Source: Eledone cirrhosa (taxonomy: Eukaryota). Taken from it: a stretch of 64,000 bases of DNA. This document shows, piece by piece, positions 52,781 to 64,000 of the stretch. The translations under genes were made by a program, and so were the position numbers. Under the pieces are notes generated by a model. The model had not been told where the DNA came from and did no database searches. It saw nothing but the letters and a program-made list of their open reading frames with translations. The number at the start of each line of letters is the position of its first letter. Positions within the stretch are counted from its first letter, which is position 1. The stretch lies in contig CAXHJY010001677.1 in NCBI GenBank assembly GCA_964016885.1, forward strand, positions 1 to 64,000, written 5' to 3'.

Positions 52781-53962
52781 CTCTTTTTACTCTTCTACCT
52801 GTTACAGCCATCCGGCTGAGGCCATGCTGGAGCACCGCCCTTGTTGCTATACATTTTATCTCCAGCCTGTATAGGTTGGCCACTGGTGTAAGAGGGAGTT
52901 TGTTGCTGCTGTCCTTAGGTTTCCCTCTTGCCGTGCTGTGGGCTCATCTGAGATACTGTATAGCAAGGTGTCGAGATGTTTCTTGAAGACATCCACCTCC
53001 ACGTCATGCAAATCTCTCAGATCCTTCGACAGCTTGTTGAAGAGTTGAGGGCCCTTGAATCCCAGGCTATTGCAATACCTGCTCCGTATTCTCGATGTGG
53101 AAGACGGGAACTTTGGCACCACACAGTGACGTCCTGTTTGACGGTTTGTCCAACTCCTAATGCCAAAGTTTAGTGCTAGACCCTCAAGGATTTTCCGTAT
53201 CTCTCCCGTCTTCGTTCCAAGGTGTAAAGGTTCAGTTCCTTTAGCCTCTCCCAGTAGCTTGTCTCCTTCATCGTGGCAATCCGCTTGGTGTAGCTTCGCT
53301 GGATTGCCTCTAGCTCCGTGGTTAGTTTGACACTATTGGGTGACCACAACTGGGAGAAGTAGTCCAGGCAGCTTAGGACAAATGTCCTCCATAGTTTCAA
53401 CATAGTGTTTCGGTCTCTTGTCCGGAAAGTCCTCATGATCCAGCCAGCAAGTCGTCTGTATTTTGTCGCCACTTTCATGATGTGTGAGGAAAAATTTGCA
53501 TCATCGCTCATGTCTATGCCCAGGTCTCGTATCGATTTTGACACGGGGATATCGGTCCCTCCTGGTACTGTGTAGTTGTGTTGTACTATATTTGTGTTGG
53601 AAGGTTTGTTTGGAGGTTTGTATTGTAGGGCGTGGATTTTGCCAGCATTAAACTGCATGTTGTTTTCTTCCGCCCATTTGTATAAGGCATCAAGTTCTTG
53701 TTGTAAAAGGGAAGCGTCAGCCGGGTTTTTGATTGCCTGTGCTACCTTAGTGTCATTAGCATAGCTAGTAAGGGATGTTGTTGGATGTACTACAGAGGGC
53801 ATGTCTGAGAGGGCCACCAAAAAGAGTAGTGGTCCCAGGACTGTCCCCTGGGGCACCCCACTTGTTATTGGTGTTTCCTTTGAGAGGGCCCCATTTGCTG
53901 CGACTGTCTGGCTTCTGCCCCTTAGGAAGTCATGCAGCCACTCACCTACTTTTCCAGTTATA
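52781..53962 (-). mobile_element. CR1-group LINE, 5'-truncated RT with 3' tail
   Basis: [56 protein letters not shown]. Confidence 0.88.
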
Positions 53963-54097
53963 CATATATATATACATACATATATACATATACATACATA
54001 TATATATACATATATATATATATACATATACGAGTATATATATATATATATATATATAGATACATATATATATACATATATATATATATATACATAC

Positions 54098-54131
<34 letters not shown>

Positions 54132-54133
<2 letters not shown>

Positions 54134-54941
54134 TTCGTTTCTGAATTTGTTTAGCAAGATTCTTTATCGGAAATCGTGTGTTGAAACTGATATTGGGAGG
54201 GTCACGTTGCACATAAGAAACACACGCACCAGTTCCTTTCACTTCAATTTATTATAATAAATTTATAAATTTAGGAATTTATAAATTTCTGGTTGGTGGG
54301 TTGGTTCCACAACCATATAGTTGTTTATATATTGTCAAAGTTCTTTCGCCACACATTCTGTGACCTCTTCAGTGACTGGGGATTCTTTTCTTTGTTTTTG
54401 TGCCTCTCCTTTGTTCTGTCCTACGCCATTTTGTTTCTGTGTGTGTGTTGGGTGCTCAGTCTGCGGATGCGCCACATCTGGGTGTCTGTGTGTGTTTATA
54501 TTTGTTTATTTATTTGTTTATTTACATGTTACCGGTTGGTTGTTTGTTCTATGTGTGTGTGTGTGTTTTCATTTTGTCCTTAATTGTAAGTTGTGATGTT
54601 GCTGTTCCACTCATATTTTCTATTTAATTTTGGTTGTAATTCTTTTATGTTTATTGCCTCTGTGATTTGTCTAAACGTTGCGTCTTTTCTGTGTGTAGAT
54701 TCTAATTTTATTTCTATGTTCTCTAATTTACCCTTATGTTCTATTTTAGCATGTTGGTAGAGTACAGATGATTCTTTACTATCTTGAAGGTCTCGCCAGT
54801 GTTCATTTATCCGTTCCCCTACACTACGAGCTGTCTCACCTATGTACACTATATTTTTGTCTCTACATTGTCCTTCAGTACATCTTATGCTATACACTAC
54901 ATTTCTAGTTTTACAATTAATATGGGGGCTTATTTTACAGG
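54132..54941 (-). mobile_element. PLE family-B 3' fragment (GIY-YIG plus pLTR; HHR at 54334-54376)
   Basis: [25 protein letters not shown]; same terminus as the other copies. Confidence 0.9.
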
Positions 54942-54980
54942 TATATATATACATATATATATATATGTATATATACATAC

Positions 54981-55012
<32 letters not shown>

Positions 55013-55013
55013 G

Positions 55014-55044
<31 letters not shown>

Positions 55045-55172
55045 GTATATATATATGTATATATATATATATATCTGTATATATATATATACACATACAG
55101 ATATATATATATATACATATATATATACATATATATATACATACATATATATATATACATATATATATATAC

Positions 55173-55209
<37 letters not shown>

Positions 55210-55304
55210 CATATATTTATATATATATACATATATGTATACATATATATACATATATACATACATATATATATATATACATATATATATACATATATAT
55301 ATAT

Positions 55305-58300
55305 TTGTATTACCTTGCTCCTTTTGTAGAGCATCTCACCTTATTTACCATTATGTTGGAGAACCAGCCGTTACCCATGTCTCTCAAGTGTATCCCCTTA
55401 CCCAGCAGAAAAAGCTACCCCAAACTGCTTATAGACGCTACTAATTCGTTTATACGACAGTCAGATGGAAGGCCTACCACCTGGATAAGAACACCCATAA
55501 CCTTCCTGAACCCAAAGAGAGGTTTGGCTTCAAAACATACCGAAACCCACCGCACAACACCTTACTGGACTCCTTTGAAGATCAAAAACGTTAAGTTCAG
55601 AAAGAAACACAAATGCAGTAATCCATTCTTAACGTCCCTTGATACACTAATAACTAAGATCAAGAATGACCCGCACCTCTTCGTCACCTCCCACAAAACC
55701 AAGAAGCTGTACAAGATGGACGCGAATAAGTATAAAACATTCATTTATAAGGAACTACACAAACACTACAAAAAGACACCCTCTAGTACCCGAAATGACA
55801 TAAATAGAGTAGGGAAGGATATAGTCACTAGCACCAGCTTAGAAATAGAAAAGTACACTAACCCGTACGTCCCTCTTACGCCTAAATTCTCTCTTAAGGA
55901 TCACAAATATGACTTTAATGAAAGCCCCTCTATTAGACTAATATGCCCCTCTACATCAGATATAGGTAAGATTAGTAAAGTGATTCTCGACAGAGTACTA
56001 CTGGAGCTTAATAGAAAGGTTAAGCTCTGCTTCTGGGGCAACACCGACCAGGTCATAAATTGGTTCACCGAGTTGCCGGATAAAGCCACCCTGAAGTTCA
56101 TCCAGTTTGACATAGATAATTACTACGCCTCTATATCCCCCATACTCTTAAATAAGGCACTTATCTTAGCTAAATCTAACACTACCCTTACTAAAAAAGA
56201 AATTGACATAGTTCTAGCGGCGCGTAGAAACATTATCCAGTTCGAAGGCTCCCACTGGACCAGAACCAACCGTCCTGATAACTTCGATGCCACGATGGGG
56301 TCCAGTGACTCAGCGCAAGCAACTGACCTTGTCGGGATATACCTCCTACATAAGCATAGGGAGGAGATACCGGCCCTACAAGGAGGTGTATATAGAGATA
56401 CGCCCTGTTTCCTGTTAGGAACCATAGCCCCCGTAGGATAGAGAACCTTAACAAACATATACACAGGTTCTTCAAGTCATACGGCCTATCCGTAACTATG
56501 GACCTCAACCAAAAGGTTGTCAACTTCCTGGACGTGACCCTGGAGTTGAGTACGGGTTTATACAAGCCATATCATAAGCCTGGAGAGTGCCTCTCTTATA
56601 TTAATTATGCCTCCAACCACCCTAAGCAGACTCTCAACTCCATAGTCTATAGTATCTCACATAGAATCTCGAGACTATCCGCCAATGAGGATATCTTCAA
56701 CCAAGCGGCAGATTACTACAGTAGGGCCTTGATAAGCGCCGGTTTAACCGAGGAATTTCCTACATCCCTAACGCTAGCTCTAGAAACCACCACCTCATAA
56801 AACGAACGTTATAGTAAGCCATACCTATAACCGATCACGCGGCGACCTCGTTGAAGTTGGATATAATAGAATAGATAACCGTACTAAAGATCACGACCCC
56901 GGCGACGGTCACCACTGTAGATTACTCGAACTATTCCCCTATTACAAAACCAACAAAGGCGACTGCCTACTACCAACGCCTTCCAACCAACATCTTCCTG
57001 TACATAAACATGGAAGAGGTAGGAAGAGTGCACCCGAGCATAAAGTGAAAGGGGTACCGAACGGGCGACTGCGCACTAACACACATAAGAGGGTCACCTA
57101 GATGGAACCACCCGTAGCAAACGTACAAGGACACGTAATCGCCACCGTAACGTCCTATGGTTCCACCCCCACCCCCCTATTCTCGGAGTGTGGCCTCCAA
57201 CATACCCCGGATGTTCTTCGAAGCCTTAGAGAAGAACTTCCCGCCCAACCATAGGTATAGAAAATTTCTTAATAGGAACAATATAAAAATATCCTTTTCT
57301 ACTACTCCTAACCTAGCAGACATCATAGGAACAACGAACCACATTAAGATCACCAAGACACAGCACCTCGACTCAGACGCACCTACACCTCACAATAACT
57401 ATATCGGCTTTAACCACTCCCTGGCAGCATCCAAAAGTGTTGGCAACGGCATACGCAGACGCAACCAGCATAACCGCGAAATGACTGGGGAACATGCAGG
57501 ACATGACATGCGGAATAACCATCGCCCCACCCCGCGTGCTGTGGGTTGTAATTGTGCTAACGACAGCTGCGGTAGCGTGGGTAACAACGTAGGCAGAAAC
57601 AATGATAGCCTTACCGTGGGAAATAGACGGAACCGCGACAGAAATTGCAACTGCCGCGACAGAGGACGCTGCCCACTTAGAGGATACTGCTTGACTGATA
57701 GGGTTATATATAGATGCACTATAACTAGCCACAATAGCGTTAAACATTATATAGGGGCTACCTCCGGCCCGTTCAAAATTAGGTTTCGAACACATCTCCA
57801 CTCTTTCACAAATAAAAAACTAAGAAACTCCACTTCGCTCGCGGACTACATCACATCACAAAAGGACTTAAACATCAGCTTCTCCACGCACTGGGATATT
57901 TTCGGCCGGGCTGCACTGTACAACTTCAAGAGGAAATGCGATCTTTGCCTCATGGAGCTCTACCACATCATAACTGCACACCCGAGCTCATCAACAGCAG
58001 AGCTAAAACAGCGATAAGTTGTACACATCGCTTAAAAATATCCATCTTCAGATGGGTTAAGGATGAGGAGTGAAAGCGTGCATCGGATCTCCCTGCAACA
58101 AGTCTTAACACCCCGGCGGGAAGGCGCTGCAATAGAACACCCAGGAAACTATCCTTGCATACGAGACCCAGCCTCAAACGACTCAGACAAACAGATCCAG
58201 CAAAAAATAATCTCAAAATAAGCGTTGATTACATGCGTATCGACAATGGTAAGGTTGTAACCTCATCTAGTAGCAGATAAAAAAATTTGTACGGGAAATA

Positions 58301-58707
58301 TTGCGCTAACACCGGCCAGAGTTACCTCCCTTCACCTGCTGCAAAATCAAAACAAGCTATTTTGGCGAGCAGTGAAACTTGACGTGGATTTAACCTCAAA
58401 ATCTCTTTCCAAGCAATGTAAGGAACACTTTTGATTATTTATGCCCTTGAGAAACCCAACTGGGCGAAACGTACGTAGGTGCTGTTTTAAATAGACATGT
58501 TTTAACGGTCTATTCTCCGATTTCTTACATTCCCACGTGCTTATGCTCTGCTAATTCTCTAGCCCACTAACTATTAACACTTCGAATATTTAATACTGCC
58601 GGCACTAGTGTCGAACACCTTTGGCATACGCTACTTGGCAAATAACTATATGTATCACCTATCTTCACCTTTTTTTTCTCTCTCTCTCGATACGTAAATA
58701 CTGTATT

Positions 58708-58710
<3 letters not shown>
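55305..58710 (+). mobile_element. Near full-length frameshifted Naiad-type PLE
   Basis: [86 protein letters not shown]. Confidence 0.9.
58443..58482 (+). ncRNA. Minimal HHR, U3-A8 core
   Basis: GCCC-TTGAGAA-A-CCC/GGG-C-GAAA-CGTACG-TA-GG. Confidence 0.7.
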
Positions 58711-60560
<1,850 letters not shown>

Positions 60561-63426
60561 ATGTATAATAAACAATACAATATAAATACCTCATTACCAG
60601 AGGTTCCCCGAATAAGACGAATACAAAAGAAACGTCCTCATTCGTTCGTCAGACGAGGCAATATAAAACATAGTGAAATATTTGGAATGTTTCCTCAAGA
60701 AAAGCAAAAAAAAAAATATTATATATATATATAAATGAAAGTAATGGAATAGACATATAAAATATATAAAAAATATAAGGAAATATAGTTAGGTGTGTGT
60801 ATATGTATGTATATACACTCACAAATGTACATATGTATGTATATACAAATGCGTGTGTATGGTGAAAATGTGTCCGTAAATATATATATGAGGGCATGTA
60901 TATTTGTGTATATGTAACCACAAATACGGATATAATATAAGTTGAAAATAAATTTATAATCTAGTTGACATGTATACATAAACAGGGTGTTAAATACATA
61001 TAAGAATATGAAGGCACGCGTATAAACACACATACACGCGCGATTACTTATATGTGGAAGATAAAGAGGTAAGGGAGTGTTATAGTTAAAAGAAAGTGTC
61101 ATTCTCGATATATTTATAAAAATGGAACAATATTTAAATGAAAGAGAAAAAGAAAAAGAGAAAGTAGTCAAATAAACACTAGAGAAGAGAAAAGAAAAGG
61201 AAAGAAAACAAACAAGGTATACGCGTACATACACATATATCTATGAGAAACATATATCTATAAAAAAAAAAATATATATATACACGCAATACGTGCTGAC
61301 AAAAGCGTATGCGAGCGTAGTTGTAGATTAATCAACCCTGCTAAGACTGATATTGGTCTTGCCAGTAATAAAATCTTAAATAATATAAACACACACATTA
61401 GAAGTAAGTCTAAATTGCTCCAATGGATAAATAGCTCATCCGTAGTACATTGGTTTAATAAAATTAAAGATAATAATAGTTCTAGGTTCACCCAATTTGA
61501 CATTGTAGATTTCTACCCATCTATCACTCAGACTCTTTTAGCGAAAGCTTTAAATTTCGCTAGAAAGTTTACCAATATCTCTGATATTGAAGAGAATGCC
61601 ATCTTGCACGCTAGAAACACTCTACTCTTTATTGATAATGACACTTGGGTAAAAATATCTAACACAGAGAGCCCATTCGATGTCTCAATGGGCTCTTTTG
61701 ATAGTGCTGATGTTTGTGATTTAGTCGGCCTATTCCTCCTACACACTAACCATATTTTTGGACTTTATCGCGACGATGGTCTAATACTTTCCCATACCAC
61801 CATAGGTCATAACTTAGATAGATTAAGGAAAGACTTAATAAAAACCTTTGCTAGTTTCAATCTTAAAATTACTATTGACACAAACCTTTCCAATGTTAAT
61901 TTCCTCGATATAAACCTAGATTTGCCTACTGCTTCTCATAAACCATACCATAAACCTAATGAAAATTTAAAATATATAAATAAAGGCTCTTGCCATCCTC
62001 CTATAGTTTTTAAAAACCATATCTCTAATATTAGTCGTAGGACCTCCACCCTCTCTTCCTCAAAGCTATTTTCAATAAGGCATCCCCTACTATAATAAAG
62101 CCCTCCAAAATAGCGGATTTAGCGAACCGATTAAATACATACCCAACCATACTAACTCTATTAAACATAAAAACAGGAAAAGAAAAATAACCTGGTTCAC
62201 ACCCCCTACTATCTAGTAGTTAAAACTAATGTAGCCAAAAAATTCCTAGAACTCTTAGATAAACATTTCCCTAGAACACATAGATACTATAAGATCTTTA
62301 ATAGAAACTGTGTCAAAATTAGCTACTCCTGCGGTCCCCCTATTAAATCTTATATCATCAACAAAAAATCACCTAGAGAACATCAAAATTGCTCCTGTAG
62401 AGTCAAAAGTGAATGCCCATTACAAGGTAAATGCAACACCAAAGCCATTGTATATGCGGCTAATTGACAACCATCAGCAACAACCAACCAGCCACCAGTG
62501 AACGATATTTGGGTATGACACAAGACAAATTCAAAACGCGTTATTACTCACATGTCGCATCCTTTCGACATCCAGAAAAAAGATTCACAACAGCTCTGGC
62601 TAGCAGAATATGGGATTTGAAAGACCAAGGTATGCAATATAAATTGGATTGGTCAATTTTGAACCAATCTAAAGAATATGCAAGAGGAACCAGAAAATGC
62701 ACGCTCCGCATAAATGAAAAATATTGGATTTTACAAAACCTTAAATCACCAAAAGCCTGCCTAAATACAAAGACAGAAATGTTCACCAGTTGCCCACACA
62801 TGAAATCACACTTGCTTTCCAGCTCATATAAACTTAACACACTTTCAGATACTTATCCTCCAGAAGCTCTTATTCTTCACCTAAATTATTCTCTTTAAAG
62901 ACTACTCTTTCTGATTTACTTTTTTAACCTTATTATTAATTTTATTTTTATTTTTATTTTTACTTCATATCCACCAGTAACCCCCCACCCCCCCTTATTC
63001 TTCGATTCACTTACCTAATATCTTCACTTTCCACTTTTTACTTCCTCTTTTCTTTACTAGCTGATTATAGTAGCCACTTGCGTTTTCCACTCCAGATATT
63101 TTCTGTAATTTCGCAGCCAATTTTATATTTTTATATTTGTACTGACTTATTCATAGGGCTGCTTTACAAAGAGTATCTATGTGTCTGAGCGTCTTTATGT
63201 GTGTTTACTTTCTGTAAATGTACGCGAACGCCTCCGTACGTGCGCGTGCGTGCATGTGTGTATATATATGTGTATGTATGTGTGTTTTGACTTCTGGATG
63301 TTTACATCTAGTGTTTTACATTCTTATTTTTATGTGTGTGATTGTAAGCGGGTCAATGTACGTGAATGTATATATGTGTGTATGTGTGTATGTATGTATT
63401 GTATGTATGGGTGTGTATGTGTGCGC

Positions 63427-63466
<40 letters not shown>

Positions 63467-64000
63467 GTGTGTGTGTATACAGTTGCGTAGGTACGTGTGA
63501 TTAGATATACATGGGGCGATATGTATGTATGTATATACGTGCATCATATGTGTGTATGTACGCTCGCAAACGCTTTTGTCTGCACGTATTGCGTGTATAT
63601 ATATATTTTTTTTTATAGATATATGTTTCTCATAGATATATGTGTATGTACGCGTATACCTTGTTTGTTTTCTTTCCTTTTCTTTTCTCTTCTCTAGTGT
63701 TTATTTGACTACTTTCTCTTTTTCTTTTTCTCTTTCATTTAAATATTGTTCCATTTTTATAAATATATCGAGAATGACACTTTCTTTTAACTATAACACT
63801 CCCTTACCTCTTTATCTTCCACATATAAGTAATCGCGCGTGTATGTGTGTTTATACGCGTGCCTTCATATTCTTATATGTATTTAACACCCTGTTTATGT
63901 ATACAAGTCAACTAGATTATAAATTTATTTTCAACTTATATTATATCCGTATTTGTGGTTACATATAGACAAATATACATGCCCTCATATATATATTTAC
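60561..64000 (+). mobile_element. Naiad-type PLE, 5'-truncated, with inverted 3' segment (60561-61319); continues past the window
   Basis: CRLINPAKTDIG, QFDIVDFYPSI, MGSFDSADVCDLVG, GLYRDDG, CSCRVKSECPLQGKC, YLGMT, SCPH; ~60878-61319 is the reverse complement of 63559-64000. Confidence 0.9.
60588..60659 (-). ncRNA. HHR with long stem II and GGAA in place of GAAA
   Basis: GCCTCGT-CTGACGA-A-CGAATGAGGACG/CGTCTTATTCG-G-GGAA-CC/GG-TA-ATGAGGT. Confidence 0.7.

Noticed and set aside
55011-55377. N-terminus of the 476-aa ORF
   Set aside because: Read-through from the microsatellite; the element ORF begins near 55378 (MSLKCIP) and is frameshifted

Overview
This is an AT-rich eukaryotic repeat-dense region with no recognisable host gene. 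The SINE/LINE families look like those of octopod cephalopods (inference). Dozens of (TA)n microsatellites separate mostly truncated mobile elements. These include Penelope-like retroelements (PLEs; RT plus C-terminal GIY-YIG) from several families, six of them Naiad-type copies, plus RTE and CR1-group LINEs with partner SINEs, a Tc1/mariner, a Sola-like transposase, Helitron pieces and a MITE. The main signal is non-coding. By eye I find about 34 type I hammerhead ribozyme (HHR) motifs from about 16 sequence families, many with non-canonical cores (U3-A8, U4A), long stem II inserts or palindromic stem III. Two non-coding tandem arrays carry one HHR per unit: 591 bp x 5.5 at 34967-38242 and 310 bp x 2.6 at 50099-50897. 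They look like retrozyme or circular-RNA copies inserted into (TA)n by PLE machinery. The structures were folded by eye and their activity is untested.
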